39,712 nt of DNA from Chiloscyllium plagiosum (GCF_004010195.1 NC_057718.1:68976918-69016629), one strand, 5' to 3'; shown: positions 23,433 to 36,375, numbered from the stretch's first letter. Notes: a model not told the origin generated them from the letters alone. Made by a program: numbers and translations.

Positions 23433-25010
23433 TAAGTAGGTCATTCAGCCCATCGGGTCTATACTGATCCTTGAAGAGCATCCATTGGGAGCTTGATCAG
23501 ATGGGCCAAAGGGCCAAGGAGTGGCAGATGGAGTTTAACTTAGATAAATGTGAGGTGTTGGGTTTTGGTATGGCAAACCAAGGCAGAATTATATAGTTAA
23601 TGGTAGGGTCCTGTGGAATGTTATTGAACAACAAGACCTAGGTGCATAGTTCCTTGAAAATTGAGTCACAGGTAGACAGGGTGGTGAAGAAGCCATTTAG
23701 CAAGCTTGCCTTCATTGGTCAGTACACTGAGTATAGGAGTTGGGACATCATGCTGCAGCTGTACAGACGTTGGTGAGGCCACTTCTAGAATATATGTACA
23801 ATTCTGGATGGCCTTCTATAGAAAGAATTTTGTTAAACCTAAGAGGGTGAGAAAGCGATTTACATGGAAAATGTTGATACTAGAGAGTTTGATTTATAGG
23901 GAGAGGCTGAATAGGCTGGGACTTTTTTCCCCGAAGCCTTAGAGGCTGAGGTGTGACTTCCTAGAGATTTATAAAATCATGAGGGGCCTGTATAGAGTGA
24001 ATATGCAAGGTCTTTTTCCCAGGATGGGGTAGTCCAAAACCAGAGGGCATTGGTTTAAACTGAGAGAGGAAAGGTAGTGAGGGGTAACATTTTCACAGAG
24101 GGTGGTTATGTGTATGGAACAAACTATCAGAGGAAATAGTGGAAGTGGGTACAATTGCAATATTTAAAAGGAATCTGGGTGGATATATGAATAGGAAGGG
24201 TTTAAAGGAATAAGGACCAAATGCTGGCAAATGGGGCTAGGTCAGATTGGGATGTCTGGTCAGCACAGATTGGACCAAAAGTTTTGTTTCAATGGTGTAG
24301 GACTCTATAAAATCGAATCATAAAAGCTAATGTAAAGGAAGAGAATAACTAAAATAAATGTTGACCCCTTAGAAGCAGAGGCAGGAGAAGTTATTATTCA
24401 GGTTGTGGAAATGATCGAGATAGTGAATAAATATTTTGTGTCCGTCTTCAGTAGAAAGCAATTTAAATAACATAGCAGGAGTTGATCAAGGAGGTATTAC
24501 AAGTGAGAAAATTAAGGTAATTCAAATCAGCAGAGAAATATCCTGTAGACGTTAGAGGTCTGAAATCAGACAAATCTCTGTGACCAAATGGCCACCAACT
24601 TATAATTCTAATAGACCTGCAGGAATAGTTGAAGTGCAGGCTGAATTTGTCCAAAATTTCTTAGATTCTGGAACAGACCAGCATTTTAGAAGTTAACAAA
24701 TGTTATATCACAGTTCAAGAAAGTAGGAAGAGAGAAAATAATGAATGACAAGCTTGCAATAAATCTTAGGGAAAATGCTGAAATCTGTGTTTAAGAAATC
24801 CTTTACAATTCACTTAGAAAAGTATGGTGTGATTAAAGCAAATCAACAGTGCTCCAAAATAATTTGGAAGTAATGGGGGGATCAAGGGAGAGATAGTTTA
24901 ACTTTTTCAATAAAAACAGATCTGAGGAAAATAGTTATACAAAACTTTGACATTCAACAAAGTTGATGTTTTAAACTACATTGCACTTTAGGTAGAATGT
25001 CGAAGATTTG

Positions 25011-25182
25011 AGTGGGGTACTGGAAAAGCACAGCAGGTCAGGCAGCATCCAAGGAGCAGGAATTGAGCTTTTGCCAAAAACGTTGAATTTCCTGCTCCTC
25101 GGATGTTGCCTGACCTGCTGTGCTTTTTCAGCACCACACTCCTGACTCTAATCTCCAGCATCTGCAATACTCACTTTCGCCC
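25011..25182. mobile_element. Fold-back hammerhead-family element, copy D
   Basis: Inverted arms ctggaaaagcacagcaggtcaggcagcatcc / ggatgttgcctgacctgctgtgctttttcag. TSD TGTC(G/A)AAGATTTG at 24998-25010 and 25183-25195. Core largely deleted. Confidence 0.85.
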
Positions 25183-25540
25183 TGTCAAAGATTTGGACAC
25201 GTTGTAAAAGAGACTTCCAAGAACAGCACCAGGGTGGAGAGGTTTCAGTCATGTGGAGATTTAAGCTGAAGCAGTTTAAAATGGGATTTTATGGAAGTGT
25301 TTAACGTGATGAAAAATTCTTATTGAGTAGGTAAGGATAAACTGTTGCAGCTTGGAGGAGGATTGGATACTAGAGGAAGGTGTCAGACAATTGACAAATG
25401 AGCTAAAGGAGAGATGACATTTGTTTACCTGATACTTCACTACGATTTGATGTGTGCTAAAAGGAAGGTAGAAACAAATTTTATGCAATTATTTGTTTGT
25501 GCAGTCCCATCAATTTAAATTATGATTTAACACCTTCAAG

Positions 25541-25709
25541 GTTAACGGCAGAGTGGTGTGTATAAAACCCCGAACAAGAAACTGGCTTAATAATCTACAT
25601 GAAGAAATTAATATAAACAGAAACAGTATTGCACCGATGTCTCCGACTGCAAATTCTTGCCTGCTTGAAGAAACTTTTGATTTTAACAGTCTGGATTATG
25701 ATACTGAAG
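25541..25709 (+). CDS. SYNJ2: Synaptojanin-2 coding exon, 169 bp
   Basis: Acceptor ccttcaag|GTT and donor G|gtaatt. Translates [74 protein letters not shown] is SYNJ2-typical. Confidence 0.94.
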
Positions 25710-26751
25710 GTAATTCATATGCCTCATGTGCAAAATTACTACCAAATGATACTAAAAATGCAGTGATAATGTGGATATTGATGTGCCAGAATGCCAGTTG
25801 TCACAACACAGGTTCCTACGCAATACGTTCAGAACTTCAGTAAATGCTGAGTAGAGAATGGATCATCCTCAACAATGAAACACACTCCAAGCATCTCATC
25901 CACAACAATCACCTCAAAAAGAGTTTTAACTTGTGCAAAGCTAGAAAACTGCCAGTAATAGAGCTTGCTTCATTTATTTCACCCCTTTGTGGTTATTATT
26001 CTATCAATGTATTTTCTATCAAGTTCCTAGAAATGGTTAACATTCCCAATGATTGCCAATTCACAATTGTAATCATCATCTTGTCACTGTCTCCAGGGTA
26101 ATACCTTTTTGTTCACTTCACAAATCTAAACCCAAAACTTAATCATAGTTAACTACGTAGCAATTGATTATATTTTCCTGGAAGGAGGATTCCCTGGGGG
26201 TAGATTAATTAGTATTGTAATTCTTCTATCAAAGATCTGTCCACTAAATTGTAAGTACAAGCATTTGTAGAATAGCTCGTTGTCTAAGAACTATATACAA
26301 ATTTTAACAATACCATCACCTGTACCACTGAAAGTGGCGAGGCTTATAATATGCATCATGTGACCTGCCTGCTGACTACCCGTTCACCCTCATAAGCCTT
26401 TCATTTTACAAAGGGTTTAATAGCCACTTAAAAGTCTCTTTATTGGCTGAGAGTGGGGACTTCCTTTGGATATCATCATCCAAGACAACACCAACAAAAT
26501 CATTGCTTCCACCCTTTAATACTTCCTGTATGCCTCTTGGATGTGGCTGTTTTGCCTCACTTGCTGAGATCTGCCTGCCTGGACCTGTCAATGCTCCTGA
26601 ATTCCATGAATTTTGTCCATACTTCTTCCTGCCTGTAGTCCCAGCAGTGGACTGTTCTACTTAGCTGAGAACAAATCCAAGGATTTCATGAAAGCCTGGT
26701 ATGCAGTGTTTGAATGATTTATTGGACTGGCAGATTACAATTCTTTTATTT

Positions 26752-27462
26752 TAGAGTCATAGAGATGTACAGCAAGAAAACGGACTCTTCGGTCCAACTC
26801 GTCCATGCCGACCGGATATCCCAACCCAATCTAGTCCCACCTACCAGCACCCGGCCCACATCCCTCCAAACCCTTCCTATTCATATACCCATCCAGATGA
26901 CTTTTAAGTGTTTCAATTGTACTAGCCTCCACCACTCCCTCTGGCAACCCATTCCACACACGCACCACCCTCTGCATGATTAGATTTTTAGATTAGATTC
27001 CCTACAGTGTGGAAACAGGCCCTTCAGCCCAACCAGTCCACACCAACCCTCCGAAGAGTAACCCACCCAGGCCCATTTCCCTCTGACTAATGCACCCAAA
27101 ACTATGGGCAATTTAGCATGGCCAATTCACCTGACCTGCACGTCTTTGGACTGTGGGATGAAACCGGAGCACATGGAGGAAACCCACGCAGACATGGGGA
27201 GAATGTGCAAACTCCACACAGTCAGTCGCCCGAGGTGCTGCGAAAAAGTTGCCCCTTACATCTCTTTTATATCTTTCCCATCTCACCCTAAACCTATGCT
27301 GTCTAGTTCTGGACTCCCCGGCCCCAGGGAAAAGACCTTGTCTATTTACCCTATCTGTGCCCCTCATGATTTTATAAACCTCTATAAGGAAACCCCTCAG
27401 CCTCCGACGCTCCAGGGAAAACAGCCCCAGCCTATTCAACCTCTCCCTATAGCTCAAATCTC
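26752..27462 (-). mobile_element. CR1 3' end interrupted by a SINE
   Basis: Tail tagagtcatagagatgtacagc; ORF SYRERLNRLGLFSLERRRLRG. Confidence 0.9.
26979..27236 (-). mobile_element. 5'-truncated HE1-like SINE
   Basis: ttaga tail, gggaat variant as at 1954; ends at cagtcgcccgagg with no tRNA head. Confidence 0.88.
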
Positions 27463-28907
27463 TTAACTGCGCGTGTGATGGGGTTATGATTAAAAAGGTT
27501 GGGCTTTAGGTTGTAGTCCTTAAGGAGATTACATTTTTCCCTATCTGTGTTTTGCTAAAGTTACATATTAATAATAAATTGTTAATTTTTGTTTGTGATG
27601 TAACCTTAGTGTCCAAGATCTGTTAATTGTAAAATTTGTGATTTTTAAGGCAATTTTGAAAGTCATTGAGTGTTTTGGTTTCACTATGTTGTGACTCCAG
27701 TTATAACGAGGCTATTTTGGTTTGACTTACAGAGTCATAGACATGTACAGCATGGAAAAAGACCCTTCAGTCCAACTCGTCCATGCCGACCAGATATCCC
27801 AACCCAATCTAGTCCCACCTGCCAGCACCCGGCCCAGATCCCTCCAAACCCTTCCTATTCATATACCCATCCAGATACCTTTTGAATGTTGCAATTGTAC
27901 CAGCTTCCACCACTTCCTCTGGAAGCTCATTTCACACCCGTATCACCCTCTCCCTTAGGTCTCTTTTATATCTTTCCCCTCTCGCCCTAAACCTATGCCC
28001 TCTAGATCTGGACTCCCTCATCCCAGGGAAAAGACTTTGTCTATTTATCCTATCTATGCCCTCATGATTTTATAAACCTCTATAAGGTCACTCCTCAGCT
28101 CCAGGGAAAACAGCCCCTGCCTATTCAACCTCTCCCTATAGCTCAAATTGTTCAGCAACACACCCTGGGACCTTACCATTAAGTGTATAAGTCCTGCTAA
28201 GATTTGCTTTCCCAAAATGCAACATCTCACATTTATCTAAATTTAAATCCATCTGCCACTTCTCAGTCCATTGGCCCATCTGATCAAGATCCTGTGGTAG
28301 TCTGAGGTAACCTATTTCGCTGTCCACTACACCTCCAATTTTGGTGTCAACTGCAAACCTACTAACTATACCTCTTATGCTCACATCCAAATCATTTATG
28401 TAAATGACAAAAAGTAGAGGACCCAGCACTGATCCTTGTGGCACTCCATTGGTTGCAGGCCTCCAATCTGAAAAACAACCTGCCACCACCACCCTGTCTT
28501 CTACCTTTGAGCCAGTTCTGTATCCAAATGGCGAGTTCTCCCCGTATTCCATTCGATCTAACCTTGCTCATCAGTCTCCCATGGGGAACCTTGTCAAATG
28601 CCTTACTGAAGTCCATATGGATCACATCTACCACTCTGCCTCATGAACCATCTTTATTACTTCTTCAAAAAACTCAATCAAGTTTGTAAGACAGGATTTC
28701 CTATGCATAAAGCCATATTGACTATCCCTAATCAGTCATTGCCTTTCCAAATATATGTACAGCCTGTCCCTCAGGATTCCCTCCAATAACCTGCCCACAT
28801 CCAGTCTTCCAGCATCTCACCTGTGACTATCGATGATACAAATATCTCAGTAAGAGGCCCAGCAATCACTTCCCTAACTTCCCACAGAGTTCTAGTGTAC
28901 ACCTGAT

Positions 28908-29236
28908 TAGATTAGATTAGATTACTTACAGTATGGAAACACACCCTTCGGCCCAACAAGTCCACACTGACCCTCCAGAGAGCAACCCACCCAGACCCAT
29001 TCCCCTACATTTACCCCTTCACCTAACACTACAGGCAATTTAGCATGGCCAATTCACCTAACCTGCACATTTTTGGACTGTGGGAGGAAGCCAGAGCACC
29101 TGGAGGAAACCCACGCAGACACGGGGAGAATGTGCAAACTCCACACAGACAGTTGCCTGAAGCGGGAATTGAACCCGGGTCTCTGGCGCTATGAGGCAAC
29201 AGTGCTAACCACTGTGCCACCATGCTGCCCATGGTG
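28908..29236 (-). mobile_element. HE1-like SINE with a 7-bp TSD
   Basis: Full-length copy; ACCTGAT at 28901-28907 and 29237-29243. Confidence 0.92.
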
Positions 29237-29354
29237 ACCTGATCAGGTCCTGGGCATTTATCCACTTTTCTTTGTTTCAAGACATCCAGCACCACCTCCT
29301 CTGTAATGTGGATATTATTCAAGATGTCACCATCGATTTCCCTACATTCTATAT

Positions 29355-29510
29355 AGAGTCATAGAGATATACAGCATGGAAACAGACCCTTTGGTCCAAT
29401 CTGTACATGCCGACCAGATATCCCAACCCAGTCTAGTCCCACCTGCCAGCCCATTTCCCTCCAAACCCTTCCTATTCATATACCCATCATAATGCCTCTT
29501 AAATGTTGCA
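29355..29510 (-). mobile_element. 156-bp CR1 3' end nested inside a same-family CR1
   Basis: agagtcatagagatatacagcatgg...aaatgttgca flanked by ATAT at 29351-29354 and 29511-29514. The empty site corresponds to 13861-13890 of another copy. Confidence 0.85.
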
Positions 29511-30814
29511 ATATCTTCCATGTCCTTTTCCACAGTAAATACTGATGCAAAATCTGCCCTATCTGCTGCGGGTCCACACGAAAGCCACCTTGCTGATTGT
29601 TAAGGGTCCTATTCTCTCCCTAGTTACCCTTTTGCCCTTAATGTATCTGTAAAAACCTTTTGGATTCTCCTTAACTCTATTTGCTAAAACTATCTCATGT
29701 TCCCTTTTTGCCCTTCTGATTTCCCTCTTAAGTATATTCCTACTGCCTTTATACTCTTCTAAGGATTCAATCAATCTATCCTGTCTATACCTGACATATG
29801 CTTCCTACTTTTTCTTAATCAAATTCTCAAATTCTTTAATCATCCAGCATTCCTTATACCAACCAGCCTTTCCTTTCACCCTAACAGGAATATACTGTCT
29901 CTGGATTCTCGTTATCTCATTTCTGAAGGCTTCCCATATTTACCTGCAAACATCTGTGCCCAATCAGCTTTCGAAAGTTCTTGCCTAATACCGTCAAAAT
30001 TGGCATTCCTCCAATTTAGAACTTCAACTTTTAGATCTGGTCTATCCTTTTCCATCATTAGTTTAAACCTAATAAAATTATGGTCGCTGTCCCCAAAGTG
30101 CTCCCCTACTGACACCTCAGTCGCCTTTTTTCCTAAGAGTAGGTCAGGTTTTGCACCTTCTCTAGTAGGTACATCCACATACTGAATCAGAAAATTTTCT
30201 TGTACACACTTAACAAATTCCTCTCCATCTAAACCCTTAACACTATGGCAGTCCCAGTCTATGGGGGTTTGTAAAGTTAAAATCCCCTACCTTAACCACA
30301 GTATTAGTCTTACAGATAACTGAGATCTCCTGACAAATTTGTTTCTCAATTTCCCTCTGACTATTAGGGGTCTAAAATAAAATCCCAATAAGGTGATCAT
30401 CCTTTTCTTATTTCTCAGTTCCACTCAAATAACTTTTCTGGATGTATTTCCCGGAATATCCTCCCTAAGTACAGCTGTAATGCTACCCCTTATCAAAAAC
30501 GCCAAAACCCCTCCTGTCTTGCCTTCCTTTCTGTCCTTCCTGTAGCATTTGTATCCTGGAACATTAAGCTGCCGTCCTTCTTGTACAGGTCACTTCTACC
30601 CCAAAACAGCTTACAATGATCCAAAAATGTGAATCCTTCTCCCATACACCAGCTCCTCAGCCATGCATTCATCTGCTCTCTCCTCCTCTTCCTGCCCTCA
30701 CTAGCTCATAGCACCAGGGGTTCAGGATATTGGAATTTAGATTCTGTAGTTCTAGAATTGGATATTGGTACATCTTACAGCTGGTAATTTGACACCGTTT
30801 ATATACAGACTTAA

Positions 30815-32040
30815 GGTGGCACTAGAAGTTGCTAAAGACATTATGTAAGAGACAAAAGCTTCCATCATACTTTTGCAGGTCACGATTAAAATTAACTAAC
30901 AGAGTTTGCAAGCAGACTGTAAATGAACTTGCTACTGTGAGCTACGAAGACAGACATCAATTTAGTATTGCAAAATGTGGGTTCAGTGGAAATATCAGAG
31001 ATGCAATATGGCTATAGAAGCATAGAAAATGGAAGCAAGAGTAGGCCATTCGGCCCTTCAGGTAGTTCAAGGCATGAATTGGTGAGTGTTGAGTTTCAGT
31101 TAAAGGAATTGAAAATGAAAAAGTTGGAAATAGAATTCCAAAAGGAGGAAATGGAATTCCAAAAGGAGGAAATAGCATTCCAAAGAGTAATTAAACTCAG
31201 AAAAACTGGAATTAGGGAGGCATGAGAGGGAAAAGGAAGAGAAAACAAAAAAAAAGGAATTTCAATTTCAAATGATGCAGCTCAGGCAAGCTAGACGAGA
31301 CGTGTTAGAGAGTTTGGAAGGGGAAAGACCTAGTCATAATCTGTAAATCAGTCAGGAAATATTTAAGGTTATGTAAGCTTTACCAAAATGTGAAGAGATG
31401 GGTGTGGAAACATTGTTGAAGTTGTTTGATAAAGTAGCAACCCAAATGTAGTGGCCAAAAACAGATTTGATATTGCCAATGGCAAGTAAATTAACAGTAA
31501 AGCATGGAAATGCAACCCTATAGGAGGAACGTTCTTGAGATTATGTTAGATAAAGGACCAATTGCAAGCTCATGTGAATTAGTCTGGAAGCATACAAACA
31601 GACATTTCAGAACTTAAAGAAAGAACCTGAACAAGCATCTGATAAGTTTGAGAGAGTTAAAAAAAAAACATTTTGACAGGTGGATAAAATCTTTGAAGGC
31701 TGACAATGCTTATGATGCTTTTTTAGAATTTAAAACTTCCCTCCCCTCTGTAATAAGAACTCGAGTAGAAGATGACAGGCAAGGCAAGCAGCTATAATGG
31801 CTGATGATTACGAACTGATCCAGAGACCTCTATTTCATTACCACCAGAAATTTGAGGAAAACAAAAAGTGGGAGAGAGAAAGGAAGACAGGTAGCCAGGG
31901 TGATAACTGGTCAGAAGGAAATACCCTAAGCACTCCTCCTCAGATTAGAGAGGTGAGGAGGGAGGTGAAGTTTGGAAACTTAAGTGTTTCTATTGTAATA
32001 TTGGGGCATGTTCATTTGGAATGTTGCCAGTTGTGATGTA
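30815..32040 (+). mobile_element. Decayed Gypsy (Gmr1/SCAN-like) gag
   Basis: Coiled-coil segment, then LPK.EE..VET...FDKVATQM*WPK, FDRWIKSL, LEFKTSLP, AAIMADDYEL, and a frameshifted CCHC knuckle (CFYCN..GHVHLEC) at about 31984-32030. Confidence 0.75.
31126..31185 (+). repeat. 21-bp tandem repeat (about 2.8 copies) in the gag coiled-coil
   Basis: Unit ggaaatagaattccaaaagga; encodes EIEFQKE/EMEFQKE/EIAFQR. Confidence 0.85.
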
Positions 32041-32054
32041 AAGCTAGGGACTTG

Positions 32055-34980
32055 TAAAGTATGAACTGGGTGGTTATTTGTCATTTTACCTGATGCTGAA
32101 GATCTATAGCATTGAGGATCAGGGATATCATGAGTTGTGATATCTGCTGGGTGGATGATTTATATTTTTGAATTTTAAGCAATCTCATGAGGCTTTTGTT
32201 GAGCTTGGGCCATTTGCCTTCTGTGCCCAGCACAAAGCCAAAATACTTGGGCTTAGAGCTCCCTGTCAATTCCATGATCACTGACTCAAGGTGTTGAGAC
32301 TTCAGTGCCTAATCTAATGCTTATTGTCATCCTCATGTTGGACTGTGACATCCACCATTTTGACCTTTCTAAAAATGATGTCTGGTTTCCAAATGATGCC
32401 CCAACAACTTTCAGCCTTGGTAAGGTGTCCAATCTTCTTCGGAGACAAGTTGGTGAAGTTGGTTTAAAATCTTATTGTGGTACTTTCTTCTCACACATAC
32501 TAAACATGGGCAGTAGCCAGAAATGAGAGCAAGGATTTGATTGGGGCCCTTGCATCTTTGGCAGGATTTGATTGTAAGATCAGAGCTGTGCTAGGATGGA
32601 CCTTTGTGGGATACAAATTGCTCTGCAGCAGAAGGCTTTTGATGAAACGAGATGCTTTTGTTATATGCAGATTTCACTTAGGAGTTTGAGACCTTTATTA
32701 CCTTTATAATACGATATGGCCATATCCTGGTGTTTAAGCTTTGACTATTTCATGGATTCCCACCTCCTGTATGCTGTATAGCTGGTTATCACTTGCATTG
32801 TGGATAATGTTTGTTCTCCTGTGACAGGGTCAGTAGGCTCCAACTCCTCCGGGGTGCAGCTATCTTTGTTTTGAAGGAACCTTCGATTTCCTTGAGGACT
32901 TTGAGCTCGCCAGACCTTTGATGGCATTGACTTTGTTTTTGTCCTAGAATCACGATGTGCCTGGATGTTGAGTGCTTACATCATGCTGAGATCTGTACTT
33001 CAAGCTTTGGCATGCCAAGCCCACCATTCCTGTTACCAGAGTACAGGAGACTGTTAGTTGCATGCAGTGGAAGGTGGAGAAGCTGTTTAGTGGAATTTTT
33101 GATAATATGGTTTAGCTTGACTAGCATGTTCTGAGGTACTTTGGAGAGGATCAAATGCTCTGGGGACAACATAACCTGGGGACAACATACAGCTTCAGGA
33201 TTTTGATTTTCTGTGCTAGTCAGAGAATAGCTATTCTCAGACTGATCACTCGGTCCAGAGTTTCTCCTCCCAGTCACCGTCTGTCACACCTGAGTAAGGA
33301 TCTAGCCATGCACTCAAATATTTCTTTGTCTCACCTGATGGGATGAAGAAAATGGTGTTACTGTTAAGCTTCCAGTTGTTGCTATAAGTACATGAGAAAG
33401 ACTTCCTTTCTAAGTAAAATGGAAGTCTTTAGTCTTGGCCAAATTAGTGAACAATCTTTTGCAAATGACTGAACTAGCTTAAAATTCCTTTCTATCCGTG
33501 TGTGCAAGTCACTTAAGATCGCTTATCTGTCCATGGAGGCCAAAGCAGAACAGTTGATTCTTTTGTCTACCAGGAGCAAGAAAACTCTGAGTTGGCTCCT
33601 CCAAGGAGCACACCAGCCACAGATCCAAAGCAAAATTGAATCGTCTTGTTGAGAGAGGTCGCCCTGCTCAATACCCCTTTCTATTTTTATCTGGGTGATC
33701 TTAATTTTGTTCCCTTCCAACAACATAGTATTGTTTAAGATCTTCTACCAGATCACAAAGTCTCTGAGGAGATATACTCTTTGTACTGCTTTAATTAGAA
33801 GTTTGTGATCAACAGAGTTGAAGCCCTTTGCAAGATTGATAATGACAACTGCAAAGTTCTTTCTGTTGTGTTTTGCATCCTTCATGACATTCCCAAGAAC
33901 CATAATGTTTTCATTGCACCCAGGAATAGCTACTCGAAAACCCTTCTGTCTACAGTTGATTTTGACTGTGTCGCTTGGTCGTTTCATCACGATCTTGAAG
34001 AACAGGCAGAGCAGCATTGGACTAAGTGTGATGGGGCACCACTTGTTGATGTCTCTCAGGCAATCAGGGTCCTTGGTCTTGGGGATTAGGGCTCCTTTTG
34101 AGAGTGTCAGGTAATGTACTCAATTTTAGCCATATAGAGGAGTTAGGAATGTGATGTCAACAACATGAATGCTCTCAACATCTTCCAGGCTCATCCTGTC
34201 TGGACCAGCTGCACTTCTCACACAAATCCCTGAATAGCTGGACTTACTTTCTCCACCTCTATTGGCCTTATCAGCAACTTGTTCAGATAATGTGGCAAGT
34301 TTGCTGAGATTTGCTTTGTTGTTTAGCGTGGACAGCTTTTTGTGAAAATTATTTTCTAGTTCCTCTTTGGTATGAGGGCAGGATGTGGATATAGTCCCCA
34401 TGATCTGTCTAGCAAGTTGGTGCCTATTGTTCTTTCTACAGTAATTGTGTGTCTCTGAATAGGGCTTTCTGAGTGGCTCATCTTTTCAATGTTCAATACT
34501 TTTCCCACTTATCATTCTTTTCCTATCTTTACTTGCCTTTTTGAGGTCCTTTTGCTGTTTTTGGAGTAGTGTCCCAGTCATTAACAATTTGGTGATGCTT
34601 CCACTAACCCAGTGCCAAGTACTCCAGCCTCTGAATAACCCTGAGCATCCATAAAGTTTCTCAGTCTGTCATTGACATCCCTATGTTTCAGGTGCTAGCT
34701 GGACACTGAATTACCTTTTTTGGACATCAGGTTCTCTAATTGGGGGAGCAGATTTCCTCTCTACTTTCCTAATATGTGGTTAATATTTTCTGTGCATCTC
34801 TTCTAGTTCTATTTATGTCATTAGTAGTTACCATTAGTAAACCATGACCTCTGGATTCTCATCCTTCTATGCAAGTTCCTTTCCATCCCTGAGCTGATAT
34901 CCTGAATTCTAGTGCCAAGCAATTTTCTCATCTATCCTACTGCTCCTCCTGTCATCCAAACAGCCTGAAAGTGCTTCAAA
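32055..34980 (-). mobile_element. Decayed R2-like non-LTR retrotransposon (RT + restriction-like endonuclease)
   Basis: Minus-strand fragments in R2 order: SAAGPD, WCPITL, QKGF..PGCNENI, INLAKGFNSVDH, IERGIEQGD, ALASMD, LHLP...LLYS..NGGLGMPKL, KPDIIF...VDVTV and FGFVLGTEGKW. Confidence 0.85.
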
Positions 34981-35041
34981 CCTATTGGATGCCAGCAGCG
35001 GTCCTTTGGCTCCCCTTACCTTACTCACTTACAATGACACC

Positions 35042-35282
35042 TTAAATAACTCCACAGCAGCCGGTGTCCCGTCACCAAGTCACCCTTTATTTACATGTGG
35101 AGTGTCCTTGACATTGATCCGATGAAGCGGATGTTTGATGCTTCTTAATTTTTTTTAAATGTTATTGACACTCCTGTTTATATCTGTGAACCAGGCTCCC
35201 CGATTGGATCAGATTAACAGTTCCACTGAGTAAACTTACATTCTATAAGATCCACCTGGCCAACCTTGTTACATTCACTACA
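35042..35282 (-). mobile_element. Solo LTR, 241 bp, with a 5-bp TSD
   Basis: Minus strand starts TGTAGTG and contains TATAAA and AATAAA. ACACC flanks both ends (35037-35041, 35283-35287). The 3' terminus reads AA rather than CA. Confidence 0.75.
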
Positions 35283-36224
35283 ACACCCTCCTATCTCTGA
35301 CCACTGAACAAATCAGAAGACACTATTCAAGCTACTGTGAATGCTGCCTAGTAGAAAAAAAACAATTGGGTAACATTTCTTCTCCCTGATGCATTGAACT
35401 GTCTTTCCACTCTGAGCTGAAGCTGTTCAAACTTCGAACACTCATTGCCCTGGATCACAATGTTATGCAGGACCTACATGACTCTTCACCTGTCCTGCCA
35501 TCCTTCATTGGTTCTAAATAATCACCTAATTATATCATTTGCTTCTTTATGTTTCTTTTTCTATATCCTTATTACTTTGCCACCAATTTGTATTGTCTTT
35601 TCGAACTTGAGAATAGAATAAAACCTTAACCACTACCCAAATGGGTAGCTCCTTTCTCTGTAGTAAAGTAAGCACCAACTCCAATCAGTTCCAGTGAATC
35701 TAACCAACGTATTAATAATTTCAGCAAAGTTGTAGGTCACTCTCTGAACACTGACAGTAGGTCATTAATTAAAATGTAAATAGTGGAGATCCTAACAAGC
35801 TTGTAGGATACCAGTAATCCAAGAAAACCTAAAATTCAACCACAACCATTTTCTGTTTACAGGCTTGGTCTTGAATCCACACACGAGCATGGTACCTGAA
35901 TGTTTTAATAACATTGAGTTGTGTTGTGTGATTAAAACATTTAATTACTATGTTAATAAGGAAGCTACAGTAACACAATAACCTTACTATTAGAATGACT
36001 GACCTCAATATTAACTCCATGGGGGGTGAGAGGGCATTAAAGATTACAAATTATACAACACAGCCTTACCCCAGCACTATTATTCTACAGTAGTGAATAG
36101 TGAGGTACATCGATTGAACTGCTGCAATTATTGTGGGTATACCAACATTGTAGCTTCCCCTCTACATTTGTGTAAATTATTGCAACTGTTTTGTTTGCTG
36201 GACTTAAATAAATGGTTGGTTTTA

Positions 36225-36375
36225 CATCAGAGTCAAAAATACTGAGGAAAGGTCACTCAATTCGAAACATTAACTCTGATTTCTCTCCATAGATGCTGCC
36301 AGATGTGCTGAGCAGTTCCAGCAATTTCTATTTTTGTTTCTGATTTATCACCTCTGCAGCTTTCTTGGTTTTATT
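36225..36375 (+). mobile_element. Second family of small hammerhead-bearing element
   Basis: 12-bp TSD TGGTTGGTTTTA at 36213-36224 and 36376-36387. Core CTGAGGA (36242-36248)...GAAAC (36264-36268) ATT. Short inverted stub atcagagtcaa / ttaactctgat. Confidence 0.75.

Larger units (their letters stand above)
22980..24310 (+). mobile_element. Fragmented CR1 LINE (RT to 3' end)
   Basis: SVPQGSVL, WQMEFNLDKCEV and YRERLNRLGLFS motifs; interrupted between about 23093 and 23480. Confidence 0.8.
27730..30716 (-). mobile_element. Long CR1 LINE ORF2 (APE endonuclease + RT + 3' end), internally deleted, with nested insertions
   Basis: PTREGAKPDLLLG...GDSDHN (APE), [20 protein letters not shown] and [16 protein letters not shown]; deletions near 28145 and 28800. 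Confidence 0.93.

Noticed and set aside
11900..25182. Reading the palindromic repeats as a CRISPR array or a classical MITE
   Set aside because: They are dispersed rather than arrayed, have asymmetric ends and variable 13-16 bp TSDs, and lie in a vertebrate intron.
26406..26664. ORFs tested as the next SYNJ2 exon or as an antisense gene
   Set aside because: No recognisable similarity and no convincing splice signals.
27465..27720. Possible LTR of the Gypsy gag element
   Set aside because: No second copy, clear PBS or TSD visible.
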